Assembly (NCBI RefSeq): GCF_018977255.1 | Contig: NW_024704743.1 | Span: 102,550,001-102,614,000, forward strand | Origin: Callorhinchus milii | Taxonomy: Eukaryota | DNA length: 64,000 nt | Direction of reading: 5' to 3' | Shown here: piece after piece, positions 39,803 to 52,900 of the stretch | How the letters are laid out: each line of letters begins with the position of its first letter | Numbering within the stretch: position 1 is the stretch's first letter | Program-made: the position numbers and the translations under genes | Notes under the pieces: generated by a model | What the model was told of the DNA's origin: nothing | The model's database searches: none | The model's input: the letters and a program-made list of their open reading frames with translations, nothing else

Positions 39803-41092
39803 TTCCCATGAAATGTTTTGGCTATAAATTACTTAGAGAATAGTATATTTTGAAAGCTTGTTGTCAAGCTACACAACCTCAACAATGTAGCACTCCCCCA
39901 GCATTGCATTGGAGCATCAGCTTAGACTGTGAACTCAAAATCTAATAGGGAGCTTGGACCCTCAACATGTAACGCAGAGGTGAGGTTGCTATCAAATGAG
40001 CCAAACTGACAGATAACTTTAAATAAATGTTAAAATTAAAATGTTACATTCCTTCCTTAAGATTATTGAAGTTATGAAATGGTGGTCAGATCAGCCCTGC
40101 TTTTTATCAGGATGAGATACAAATAGGCCTCTCCAGGAACAAAAAAACAGTATTCGAATGGTGGTTAGCATATCAAGTGCAAGGAATGTTACAACCTTTA
40201 AAGTCGATTCAAATATTTTTCAGTACATTGGACTGTTCTATAGCAATACACTTTTTGGATCTTTTATATATATGTAGATAAATATTTTATCTGTTTTTTA
40301 TTTGAATTGACGCTCAGCAAAAATTGAATGCATACCAGCATAGAACACATTAAGTGTAAGTTGGTCCAAATTTGACTTAACCGAAGAATTAAACCTCATC
40401 TCGCTCATTCAACCCTGCAAATATCAGTGATGCTATTTTTTCCTTCCTATTGCTTTGTTGTCCAACAGAGCAAAACTTAGGAAGCTGACTAAAAAGAAGA
40501 TTGTCGAAAATAGTTACTCTTATATTTATGATCTTAGAGGTAATATCCATTATTCTATTATGGATAAATAGTAATGAAATATGCAATGCTTAGACCGCAT
40601 TATTAATTAATTTTCCCAATTGTATTTCTATTTCTTGACATCATCCAGATTATACACCCATTACAGACTTTGCTCACTGTCCCCTGAACAATTAATTCAA
40701 GGCATTCTTGTTCAGCGTGGTTAATCTTTGGAGACTATTCTTTCAAAAATAAATCATGAAATTTTGTGCTCAACCTATCTACAATTATTGGCAGTTCTTC
40801 AATCAATAAAAATCCTGCATTCTTCAACCGACAGAACAGAGTTTTCTCTAAATACAATAACTACACTTACAAGTAATCCTGTGAAATGCTTTGTAATGTC
40901 TCAATGACATGATAAGGTCACCATTGCCTACAACCACTGTCATGACACTTTACAGTAAAATCCTGTGAAGCAATGAGACATCTCCCTGCTGTAAAGGTAG
41001 TATAACAAATGTAATGATTTTTATTTATTTTTATTGTCATATTGTGTATCCAACCTCTGAAAACTTTCTTTGTTTCTTTAGAGTTATCAATG

Positions 41093-41530
41093 AGCCTGGC
41101 TTAGTTGGAAGGATTCTCACCTCTGAGTCCGAAGGTTGTGAGTTCAAGCCTCATGTGGAGTATTTATGCTCATAGTCTAGGGTGACAATCCAGTGTAATG
41201 CTGAAGGAGTACTCTATTGCCAGAGGTGATGTGCTTTAAATGAGATGTTAAACCTAGGCCCTGTCTGTTTGTTCAGTGTGTAAATTAAAGATCCTGTGGC
41301 ACTATTCAAAAAGAGAAGGAAGTTTCTCCTGGGGTCCTGGCTAACAATCCTTCAGTTAAAATTGGTCAATCAATTCATAGCTGTTCAGGGGACATTGCTG
41401 TGCACAAATTGGTGGCCACATTCACCTACAAATACACAGTCATTACCCTTTACAGTAAAATCTTGTGAAACACTTTGAGACATCAAGGTGGCATGATGAG
41501 GTGCTGTATCAAGTGCCAGGATTATTATTC
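41093..41530 (+). mobile_element. DeuSINE, near full length
   Basis: Head, Deu core and shared 3' tail, colinear with 32133-32555. Confidence 0.85.
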
Positions 41531-42315
41531 TTCAGATGGAGAAAGGAATATTAACAGGATGTTTTCGTAGAACCATTTCTATGTGAATTTGCTGTGTTAA
41601 ACCATATTTCAGGGCAACTGAGAAGGGATATGTGAATATGGATGTGCTGGGATGGGGGATTGGGATCAAGGGTTGTCCTCCATTTTTCACACAAATTTTG
41701 GAGCATTGAATACATCCTTTGTGGCTGGCATTGCTCTAGTGTCGCTCAGTATCAATTCCAGTTAAGTTAAAATGTCCTTGCTGTAGATGGTGCTCAGAAG
41801 ATTTTAATGTGGGATGACAACATAGAGTTCTGTAATGTTTGGTATAATTCAATACAGACACATGAAATCCAGCCGCAAGATTATAGTCCCCATTTACCGA
41901 ATAGATACTCGAGAAATCACTCTGTGCACACTGGCAAATAACAATAATGATTCTTTCATTCCGAGTACTCGTTTTGTGTTTCCAGAAGAATCTACATTAC
42001 AAGGAATTTTAGTTGTTGAGGTACATTATAAAATCCATTCTGCTGAATATGATGTTAACATTGCAAGGAACAGCACTTCGTAATTACATTAATGCATGCA
42101 GGAAGCAAAGAAAATGGGCCCTGAAGATAATGTTTTTTTTATATTTTCTATATAGTGCATTTTTTATACTTTTTATATTTTCTATATATTATATAGTGCT
42201 AAATAAACATTTTACAACATGAAATTCTTAGCAGGCATAACATGTATCCATGTATTTTTAAAAATACTCAATATGAGATTACAATGCAACCTGCACTGTA
42301 ATGTATACATGTATT

Positions 42316-42687
42316 ATAATAATAATAATCTTTGCATTTAATATAGCGCCTTATCATTTCTTCGAGACACCTCAACGTGCTGCACAGAATATACTGTAAA
42401 GTGAATTGACTATATATTTTGTGAGCGAATTGCGGCAGCCAATTGTGCACAGCAGTGTCCCACAAACAGTCACGGATTGAGTGAGCAATATATATAGTTT
42501 TTTTAAGGAATTCTTACCCCCAAAAAAGCGATCTGCAATTGATTAACAACCAGGTTCCTACTTACTGTTAGGTAAACAGAGGCATGTGGAGTAAGGAAAC
42601 TGCCCAATGTTTCGCCCTGTTGGGAATTGAACCCAGGTCTCTCATTTGTGAGGTGAGTACTCTAACCACTGAGCTCTAGGACTCCAC
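42316..42687 (-). mobile_element. tRNA-headed SINE, long subtype, full length
   Basis: Head gtggagtcctagagctcagtggttagag and a (TTA)n tail. Confidence 0.9.
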
Positions 42688-42849
42688 ATTAAAGCAGGAA
42701 TTGTTTCCTGATCATTTTCCTTGAATTAAAAGTAATAATTTTCAAATTTGGAATTATTAAATTGTCCATTTGCAGCTGTCCAATCCTTTTATAGATGATT
42801 AAGCTGTAAATTCCAGGAAGCATTCCAGATTGTTGAAACTCAGTTCATT

Positions 42850-43290
42850 TTCTTTGGTCAGCCAAGTGTCTGACACATGAGGTAATCCACCATGATGATT
42901 AAGAAATATTTATGAAAATTTCCATTTGAATGGAATCGAGTGCATACTCTGTATCTCCAAAGGAAAGCACCTTGCTTTTTTAATCCCATAAAGTATTTTA
43001 GGTGTGAGTTAGCAAGATACAAAACTTAAGGAACCTAGTGTGTAGAATTCTAACGCTGCTAGAGGTTAATCAGCTAAAACTTTTAGCAGCGTGGCATTGA
43101 GGGCACTGTCCGGCAAGATTCCTGCTGCTTCTCCAGTTAGGATTAACAGGAGACAGGTGCGAAGAATTCCAACCCCTAGTAACTGGTTTTCTCCTCGAAT
43201 TTCTGTTGACAAGCTAAGTTGGCATCAACAGTGCCTTGGAGTACAACAGCCGTCCAACTATTGTATGAAATGCAACAGTCAGACACCATA
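42850..43290 (-). repeat. Family X repeat, near full length and diverged
   Basis: ttttctttggtcagccaagtgtctgacacatg...aatcagctaaaac...gcactgtccggcaagattcctgctgc...gacaagctaag. Confidence 0.75.
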
Positions 43291-44978
43291 CTGATTTCTT
43301 GAATTTGTAGCTATTATGTGTAGGCATGATGTAGAAATAACAGTAAGTCAACAATAAGCATCAAAATAGACAGAAGGGACATCCTCTGCTGAGCTGAAAA
43401 TAAACAAGAGATAAAAGAGGTGCAAGAAATAAAACTATTGTATGATGTGTACGACTGTGTAGCAGTTATTGAACGATCTTTGCTTATAATACTGGTGTCA
43501 AGAGTGCAAGCATGTCCAATGTCTGTGCTCCCAGTGCCAAATGTGGATTCAGCAGGAAGCACCTTTCATAGCATTGAGCTTCTTCATAATGTGCTTTCCT
43601 GTAGGAATAGTTATCATTTTCTAACATTCTAGGGAGCGGCCAAGTGAAATTACAGTAGATAGTTCCATGGGAGGAGCTATCACCATTATCAGCTCAATGG
43701 GCTGAATGGCCTTTCAGTGCTGTAATTTCTAGCATTCTTTGTCATTACATATTCCATCCATAATTCATAACTGTTCTTTTTTACCCATACATCTACCTAA
43801 TGGAAGCAGGAATTTGTCCTTCGTTGTTCTTGTGCACCAATCTTTCGATTTTTGCTCTTTTTCTTTAAATTTGTGCTTGAGACACTCTTTTGCCTGGACC
43901 TTGAATCTGATATCATTTAAGGTTGGGTAAGAAACCAATAGTCAGTGATAGACAATCCCTTGTTCTTCAGATTCAACAATCAAATCATCTTATGATTACG
44001 ATGCTTGCCTTCCAAATATTCCATACCTCTGCTCCTGTCGGAATTAATTAAAGTACAATATTGGCTTCCAACCATTTTGTTTCCATCTGACAATGCTGTG
44101 AAATGTTTTTAGACTGATATCTCAAGTATAACCTTTTCTTTGCTGTCTTGAACTTTTAAGAATGCCAATATGGTTGCAAGACATAGCTTAGATCGTTCTA
44201 CAACATCTCATCATAAATTTCCTTGCCATATTAGAACTTGGTTTCTTTCAAAACAGGCAGGTATTTTTTCAGAGATGCTCTCATTACAAATTGCAATTTT
44301 CACAATGAATTTCCAAAGCCATACAAAACATATTATTATGCTGTGCTTTTTCAATAATTATGACTATGTTAGCGATTTTTGGCAGATGTCAGGCACACAG
44401 AAAATGTTGATAAATAGTAATCCTTGCACTTGATATATTCCCTTTCAAATTGGAGGGAATCTTAAAGCACTTCCTTCACAGGATATTTCTGTAAAGTGCA
44501 GTCAGTGTGTATATTTTAGGCAAATGTAGCTTTATCTAATTTGTAGCACTGTTTGTGGCTAGAAAATAATCTTTAATTTCTAGTACTTTGAAGAAAATGG
44601 CAATATTGAATGCTAGATTTTTCTTCCTGAAATTATACAATATAAGAACAATGACAAACATGATAAAATTGAAGGATACAACATGGTTACTGAAAAAGAT
44701 TTTTGCCACACTTACATTGAATTATCAATAACTGGTCAAATTCCAGGTCCATCTGACTTTTGCTTCACACAGCATAATCTGGGGCATCGTCCTTCAACAA
44801 CTATTAAATTAGCAATAAACAAAATAAATGTTTTTTCCTTAAATATTCATCAAATCATTCAATTGTATTGCACAAATGATTTGTTAGCCATTACAAACCA
44901 TGCACTACCATTGAATAGTCAATGCATGATGCAAACTACATGGTCACTACACTACATCTTTACATTACATTTACATTA

Positions 44979-45287
44979 GTGGAGTCCTGTAGCTCAGTGG
45001 TTAGAGCACTTGCTTTGCAAGCGAGAGACCTGAGTTCAATTCCAGGCAGAGGGCGAAACCTTGGGCAAGTTTCCTTACTCCACACAGAGCCTAATAATAA
45101 TCCCTCCAAAACTAAAAACAATAATTAAATTGGTCATTTTCAATCTACGACTGTTTGTGGGACATTGCTGTGCGCAATTGGCTGCCGCGTTCGCCCACAA
45201 ATATGCAGTCAATTCACTTTACAGTGTGTTCTGTGAAGCGCTTTGGGACGTCCTCCAGACGTAAAAAGCGCTATATCAAATGCAAGG

Positions 45288-45318
<31 letters not shown>
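44979..45318 (+). mobile_element. Young tRNA-Ala(TGC)-headed SINE, short subtype, full length
   Basis: A box tagctcagtgg, anticodon-arm-like cttgctttgcaagcgag, B box gagttcaattcc, L2-like 3' stem-loop and a long (TTA)n tail. Confidence 0.93.
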
Positions 45319-45319
<1 letters not shown>

Positions 45320-46238
45320 ACTGTGTATAATCACTAAATTTCACAATAAACACCCTGTGTTTCATCAATGTGATAAAGCTCTATATCAAATGCAAGGATT
45401 ATTTTTACTACCATTCACCATTCTCATAATAGCTACCAATGCAATTCCTTTTTTGATTCTTTTAAACTACTTTATTTGCCAATACAGATAACTACAATTA
45501 CAAGCATTACATATGCCCATTAGATTGTTAAGATAATGTGAACAGCAAAAGAAGACATAGGATCAGATGCTGAATTATTTCTTGAGATAGTTAGATCATC
45601 ATTCACTGTAGGGTAAATTATAAAGTCTAGCTCCTTCAAGTCTTTTCATTCTGACTGCTAAATTCCTCTTCTCTGTTACTACCCATCTTCTAAGCATGTT
45701 AGATTAACTTTTACAGTGTTGGCTTCTGAAATCTGAACAGTAAAGTTTTAAAAATTCCAAGGCCATTTATAACAGCATTCCTTGCTGCGACCTGTCAATT
45801 ATTAATACGCCAAAATTTCAACTTAAGGTATTACATTACCTTAATACTTTAAACATCCCAGCCTTTGGACTAAGGGAAATTTAACCTCCTTCCCAACCAT
45901 GCTAACAATGTAAGGTTTCAGAGAATCCTTCGACCATTGATGACTTATCTCCTTCTGCATCTTTTGCTTTCTGAGTCAGCCCAACAGCATGATATAAATA
46001 ACTGAATGGTCATAGATAATGGGATCAAATCAGACTTCAGCAACCCATCTCTTGGTACAAATAACTAGTTTCCAGGTAATTAAACAGAAACATAAATAAA
46101 TGTGGATCTGCCATTGAAAATGGAAAGTCAAACAGGGGGCAACAATTCTAGCCGCTGCCATGCCAACTTGGACAATGTGGGTTTCAAATGACAAAATCCC
46201 ATTTGCAGCATTGGCTGCTTGTAAATGCAGACTTCAAT

Positions 46239-46526
46239 TGGAGTCCTGTAGCTGAGTGGTTTGAGCACTTGTTTTGCAAGCGAGAGACCTGGGTTAGATT
46301 CCCAGCAGGGAGAAACCTTAGGCAAGTTTCCTTACTCCACACACCTAATAATAATCCCACAAAAAAACAATAATAAATTGGTCACTTCAATCCACAACTG
46401 TTTGTGGGACACTGCTGCCACGTTTCGTCCACATAATAAGCAGTCAGTTCACTTTACAATATATTCTGTGAGACATCTAGAAGACGTAAAAAGCACTATA
46501 ACAAATGCAAGGATTATTATTATTAT
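46239..46526 (+). mobile_element. tRNA-Ala-headed SINE, short subtype with internal deletions
   Basis: Colinear with 44979-45318. Confidence 0.88.
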
Positions 46527-46724
46527 ATTTTTATTTCGCAAGTGAGGCAGAGACCAAAGCTAAATTTAGTAGCTACAGTAGAGAGCCTATTATTTGCAGT
46601 CATTGTACTGAACCAGAAATCACTGCGGATACTCAGTCAACACACAAAACACATTAATAGTTTCCAAATTAAGACTAGATTGAAGGATTTTCCATTTTTC
46701 TGTCCAACCTTTATAATAGTAATA

Positions 46725-46930
46725 ATACAACAAAATTCCACTTATAAAGCACCTTTCATGTCGGGAGGACATCCCAAGGTGCTGGACAGACAGAGTTAGA
46801 GCCAGAGCTTTGGGTCGGTGTCGGGGAGGGTGGAGAACAGAGGGGAAAGCAAGGAGATCGAAAGCACGGTCGAACAGGAGGGTCTTCAGATGGGTCTTGA
46901 AGGTGGCAAGGGAGGGGGCGAAGCAAAGGG
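46725..46930 (-). mobile_element. L2 3' UTR fragment
   Basis: Matches 73-290. Confidence 0.8.
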
Positions 46931-46959
46931 ATAATAATCATAATAATCAGAGGGAATGA

Positions 46960-47328
46960 TTATAATAATCCTTATATTTGCTGTAGACCCTTTCATGGGT
47001 GGAGAATGCTAATGTGCACAGAACAGTATCCCACAAACAGCTATGCAGCAAATTACCAATTATATTTTGGAGATTATTGGCTAAAACCCAGGGAGAAAAT
47101 AATTTCTCTTAGTGAATAGCAGAGAGGGATCTTAAAGGTGCATCTGAAATAATAAACTGGACTCCAGTTTAATATTTCATTTGAACAACGGCACATCCAT
47201 CATTGCAGTACATGCCCAACATTTTAGTGCCAACCTGGACAATGAGTTCCAAGTCCAGTTGTGGGGCTTGAACCCACAACCTTCTGACTCAGAAGCAACA
47301 GCACTACCAATTGAGCTAGGCTGACACA
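46960..47328 (-). mobile_element. Degraded DeuSINE
   Basis: Minus-strand head gtgtcagcctagctcaattggtagtgctgttgcttctgagtcagaaggttgtgggttcaagcccc. Confidence 0.8.
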
Positions 47329-48547
47329 CTTAGTATTAAAACAAAAGGGTCCAACAAGTGGAATGTCATGAGTTTAGACTTGCTTCTTGGGGACACTTTT
47401 ACATAGTAGAAACTGATCTCCAAAGAAAATCCAATAAAATCTGCAGAATATTCATCTCGTCCAACATCATTACTGTTCAATACTACCTACGTCCCTCTAT
47501 CAAAAAATATAAAAATATAAAATATACTCTGCAATCCAGTAGTGCTAAACCATTATGCCCCGAGTATAACCTTAGCCTCCAATGTACTTCTCAGGCAGAT
47601 GACTAAATGTTTGTGGCTGAAAACCCTTGAAAACCTATTAGTACACAGGCAAGTTTATCGTATTATAGTTTGTCTTTTTTTAGGGACCAGTAAAATCCAC
47701 TTTTAATTGATAAAACAAATATGTAAAAATCCTGGCATATTTGGGGGTTTTGTTTTGTGTCTAATGGGGGTGGTGGAGTGAGGAATGAGCAGCTGGAAAT
47801 AGTTTCACATAAAAAAATTCCACAGGTAAATTTGGTAAAAAACAATTTAAAAAACATGATGCATCTTGGAGCATCAATAAAACCTCAAGTGCTTTCTGCC
47901 TGTGTTGCAGATAAAACCACAACATTCTTGACAATACTAAATAGAGGGCTCAGTGAAACGGATTCTGTGTGTGTCTCATCTTGTTGTTCTCAATCACTCT
48001 ATCCTCCAATATATTTTGTTTACCGCAGCAAGTGCTTCACGCAAAGCTCCAAAAAGAGTTACAATGGCCATCAGACATTAACAAACAATAAGGTACAACT
48101 TGGCTACTCACTCAAATTGTTGATTAATCTGTTGTCCATCTTTATAGCTACAGAGAAAATCAAGCTTTTCTTTAAAAAAAATCTCCCAAATAAAATTGGT
48201 CATTCACTTCATAGCTGTTTGTGGGACATTGCTTTTTTTAAAAAAAGAAAAAAAGTGTCAACCACTTTTTGGGGTGATACAGTGAGAAGATGTCAGAACT
48301 GAAAAGAATGCCAGGATGCAAGTGTCAGGGCTTCCGCTATGGTTTTCTGTTGCTTACTTTTCATTAACACTGGACTGCTTCCAGTAACAAGGAGAAATTA
48401 TAGTGTTCATTAGCTACTTTGTGAAGGCCTTTAATACCATTTAATTTGCCTGGTTGCCTCCTATGTTCTGAAGGCTGCTCAGTTACTAGTCATGATGGAT
48501 ACCACTCAGACACTCAGTACACTTGTACCTTTTGAAAAACCATTCAA

Positions 48548-48917
48548 TGATATTCCTTGTATTTGATATAGTGCCTTATCACATCATTGAGATGCTTCAA
48601 AATGCTTTACAGAATATATTGTAACGTAAACCTACTGTCTATTTTGTGGGTGAAACGCAGCAGCCAATTGCACACAGCAGTGTCCCACAAACAGTCGTGA
48701 ATTGAGTGATCAAATGATTTTTTTTTAATTTTGAAGGGATTATTGCCCCCAGAAAAGCGATCCACCAATCGACTAACAACCGAGTTCCTACTAACTGCTA
48801 GGTAAACGGTTGTGTGGACTAAGGAAACTTGCATTTGGCTTTGCCCTGCCTGGGAATCAAACCTGGGTCCTCTCACTTGCGAGGTGAATGCTTTAACCAA
48901 TGCAATACAGGACTGCA
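48548..48917 (-). mobile_element. tRNA-headed SINE, long subtype
   Basis: Colinear with 42316-42687. Confidence 0.85.
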
Positions 48918-49544
48918 TTTAATTCTACACCATAACCAGAGGTGTTGAATTAATGCAGCTTTATATTATTAACTGAAATGGACACATTCTGTTAAGTAGT
49001 TATGATTGTTACTAAAACAGCAATCAAGAAGCTTAATGATAATTTTGAAATATTCTCTGCACCTGTTTTCTACAATTTTTAGGCGAGAACCAACAGAAAA
49101 TCTGAACCCATATGAGCGAGAGTGAGCTTTCATTACCAAAAACTTAATGGTACATAACGGTCAGCTCATGACACATGATTAATAAAATAGAAGGTTGTTA
49201 TGGTTGAGGTGTGGTAATACCTTTTCATTCAGCACAATTTTATAAACGCTGAGATGCACAGCATTCTGTTATCAATCTGTGAGCTGTTGGGAACATGAAA
49301 TTTCACGTCATGGTAAGCAAGCAATCGGGAATGAAGCATGTATCTTGTAAGTTAGTTGCATTTTCGGGAGCTTTGCTTGACCAGATTTGGTTGAGGGTAC
49401 ATTAGTTTGGCAGTGGACTGCATGGTCTTTCTCCTTCTATGAATAGTTAAATTCTGAAAGGTTGAAAATTGTGTGTGGTTTAGAACTATTCTTTAAACTT
49501 ATAGCTGGAGATACTGGAATCTCAGCTGGAAATTTTCTTAATAG

Positions 49545-50032
49545 TATATGACCCATATGGTAATCTATCACCATGCCTAAGAGTATCCAAATTAGACTGA
49601 CAGTTCCATATATGTATGCCACCTTCACAGGGGCATTTCTCTGTGTCTGCGATGGAATATGCACTCTCTCCTTAAAGGGCTACACACTCCCACATTTAAC
49701 TCCATAGAGTATTGGTCACAGGTTGATGAGAGACAACACTTGAGTGTGCTGGAATTTAACCAGCTAAAGCCACATAGATTGCCATGGAAAGCACTGTCTG
49801 GCAAGCTTCCCACTGCTTCTCCAGATGGTCCAATCTACTTTGATTTTCAGGGTAAACAGGAGTTGAGTGGGAGGAATCCCAGTCCTCAGTGTTACACGCA
49901 AAGTCCTGCTGACAAGCCAGGCTGGCTGGTGTATCATCAGCAGTTCCTTGAGCATTGCAGATCTGCCTGGCTCATGAACTGGACTACTGAGAAGATCACA
50001 GTGGGTTGACTCAATTCTGGCATTCCATTATC
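49545..50032 (-). repeat. Family X repeat, near full length
   Basis: Colinear with the reverse complement of 4010-4460. Confidence 0.8.
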
Positions 50033-50239
50033 AAGAATGATTACAAGGAAACCCTGCTTACCTTCCCACCCTCAAACCCCCCAACCTACCCCCACTGCAA
50101 GGAGGATAATCACTAGTTAATGCACTCCTTATTAATAATTTTATTCATGAAGCTTTCTTCCAATAACTAAAGACACATCAACCAGGACTTTGAGAGGTTC
50201 TAGTGGATGACAAAAATTCAATACCGATATATAATAATA

Positions 50240-50562
50240 GTGGAGTCCTGTAGCTCAGTGGTTAGAGCACTTGCTTTGCAAGCGAGAGACCGGAGTTCAA
50301 TTCCAGGCAGGGCGAAACCTTAGGCAAGTTTCCTTACTCCACACGCCTAATGATAATCCCTCCAAAACAAAAAACAATAATAAAATTGTTCATTTTCAAT
50401 CTACGACTGTTTGTGGGACATTGCTGTGCGCAATTAGCTGCTGCGTTCGCCCACAAATATACAGTCAATTCACTTTACAGTATATTCTGTGAAGCGCTTT
50501 GGGACGTCTAGAAGTCGTGAAAAGCGCTATATCAAATGCAAGAATTATTATTATTATTATTA
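50240..50562 (+). mobile_element. Young tRNA-Ala-headed SINE, short subtype, full length
   Basis: Near-identical to 44979-45318. Confidence 0.93.
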
Positions 50563-51344
50563 TAATTTACAAAGATCAGAGGAAAGTTATGCGAAGAGAA
50601 ACAAAAGGGTGTTTCACACAGGGAATACTGGGTTGTGGCTATTGGCAGCATCATAGGGGCAGAGATTGAATATATATCAAAACCAGAGGAAATCAACTCG
50701 GATGTTAACGGTAGAAAAACGTGAACAGAAATTAAGCGTACACATAAATTAATATGAACAACAACAAAATTACATTTGCATAGCTCCTTTCGTGTTGGGA
50801 GGACATCCCAAGGCGCTGGACAGAGATGAAAACAAGAGAAAGATATACTGCAAAGCTGTAGTTGTGGAAGAGAGTATTTAACATATATAATGTATAATAA
50901 GGCACAATTTAATATAGGATTGAATGCTTAATCTTTGAGTGATGTTTTGATTAGATTTGTATTTATTTGTATTAAATGTCCACAACTGTCAACTTTGCAA
51001 ATTACAGCATAATGCTCACATTTCTCATCTTTCATCTACAGCAAACAGAAACTTAAGCAAATGCCCTCAATCATTCTTCCACTCTTCCCTTGAGCATTGT
51101 GATCACCATTTAATGTTTTCAGGCTGCTCTTAACCTACTTTACTTGTGAATTAATGCTGTGTTTGTTCTGCATGTTTTTCAGCTGGATCTCTGCGTCTTC
51201 TGGCAGGGATTCAGCAGGAACCAAGAGACAAAACAGGGCCTGGAACAGCTTAAATCATACTGGAGTCATATTTCTGTGATACGTGAAGTGATAGTTCTTA
51301 AGCTGTGATAATTATCTCATTGCCATAATAATAGTAATAAAACA

Positions 51345-51747
51345 GTAATAATAATAATAATCCTTGCATTTGATATGGTGCCTTATCATGTCATCACAAT
51401 GTCTCAAAATGCTTCATTTGATTTACTGTAAATTCTAGTGATTTCTTATTTTTTCTAGACAAACGTGGCAACTTGCACGCAGCAACGTCCCACTAGCAGC
51501 CATTAAGTGAATGGGCAATTTTCTTTTGTGAAAATTGTTGGGCAGATCACTGGGAGAAACTAACTTCTCTTTTTGAATGGCATCACAGCACATTTAACAT
51601 CCACCTAAACAGGTAAACAAAGCCTCAATTGAATGTCTTATCAATAGGACAACACCTTCAACAATGTAGCACACTCCCAGCACCGCATTGGTGTGTCATC
51701 TTAGACTATATGAGTTCAAAGAGTGCTACCAACTGAGCCAGGCTGGC
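51345..51747 (-). mobile_element. Degraded DeuSINE
   Basis: Tail, Deu core and partial head (gagtgctaccaactgagccaggctg on the plus strand). Confidence 0.75.
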
Positions 51748-52440
51748 CCAGCCTGGTATAGCTGATGTAGAATTGCACACAATGTCACAAATCATGGAAA
51801 CAAGCCATTCGGCCCAACTGGTCGGTGCTGATGTATCTCCCAAAGCCTCCTTGAAACACCTGTACAAATGATTAAATGATCACTTCTCACAATTAATTTT
51901 TGATGTCATTGCTTTTTCATCCTAATGCATAAGTATTGTTTGCTGTCAAAGCTCTAAAACAATTGGCCTTATTCATCACTGCACAACTTTCCTGGCATCA
52001 GGTAAGCTTCATGCTTTATATTCAGCTGAGTGGATTTCACTTGAATGTTTATGATTGTGTTGTGATTGTGTGTCAAACCGTACACCTGTTTTGTCCATCT
52101 CTCTTCATGTATTGTTCAGGAATGTTTCAAGTATTCTAGTTAAAATGCTTGGCGGAGTAGAATGGAAATTAATAGTAACAGTGAAATGGAGAATCTTCAT
52201 TAAAGTCTAATAAGGTTAAGGAAATAAAAACTATATTTGATGTGATCTTTATCAAATTTTCAATTATGGGATAGAATGAAGGCAGCGATATGAGTTAATG
52301 GTACTTGAATATCACTGTTTCAATCTACCTTGGGTCCTTTCAGGTAGTCAACAAAGAACTACTTTAAGGGATTATTTAATATATATAATACATATATACT
52401 GGAATCCACCTACTCTTAGCCTGAAAGAATATTTTATCTT

Positions 52441-52740
52441 AGAATCATAGAATCTTACAGCACAGAAGGAGATCATTTAAGCCCACTGTGCCGGCTCTTT
52501 GAAAGAGCTATCCAACTAGTCCCACGTTAAAATCTTTGATATTAAGAACATAGGACCAGGAGTAGTCTATTTAGACCCTCAGGTCTGTTCCACCATTCTA
52601 TTAGATCATGGCTGATATGTACCTGAACTCCATTTACCTTCCTGAGGTGTGGTGCCCAAAACTGAACACAGTACTCCAGATAGGGTCTGAACACGTCTCT
52701 GCACAACTGAAGCATCACCAAGTTTTGATTCTTTGCAACT
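52441..52740 (-). mobile_element. Two adjacent CR1 LINE fragments
   Basis: agaatcatagaatcttacagcacagaagga 3' end (matches 63860-63937) and RPYLEYCVQFWAPHLRK in translation. Confidence 0.85.
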
Positions 52741-52900
52741 TGCACCTAATGCTCTCCAGAATTAGGTAACCAGGACACATTCCTCCAGGGAAAGAGTGCA
52801 CATTCCACTCCAATAAACAATTCTGTAATTTCCATGTATAGATGGGATGGATGGAACTCGGTCTGGTTTGCGTATTCTTAAGCGTAGCAATAGGTTTCCC
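52741..52900 (+). repeat. Family X repeat, 3' part
   Basis: ctctccagaattaggtaac...cctccagggaaagagtgcacattcca...ttccatgtata...ttcttaagcg. Confidence 0.75.

Noticed and set aside
44979..45055. tRNA-Ala(TGC)-like sequence (also at 50240, 46239 and several minus-strand sites)
   Set aside because: It is the head of a multi-copy SINE: no proper acceptor stem, and it continues into the SINE body and (TTA)n tail. Not called as a tRNA gene.
47757..48302. 181-aa plus-strand ORF
   Set aside because: Non-ATG start, no recognisable domain, and the 3' part runs into a SINE fragment. Probably a chance ORF.
51183..51308. Good plus-strand acceptor (gtttgttctgcatgtttttcag) followed by a short open frame
   Set aside because: No convincing donor and an unrecognised peptide; such sites are common by chance.
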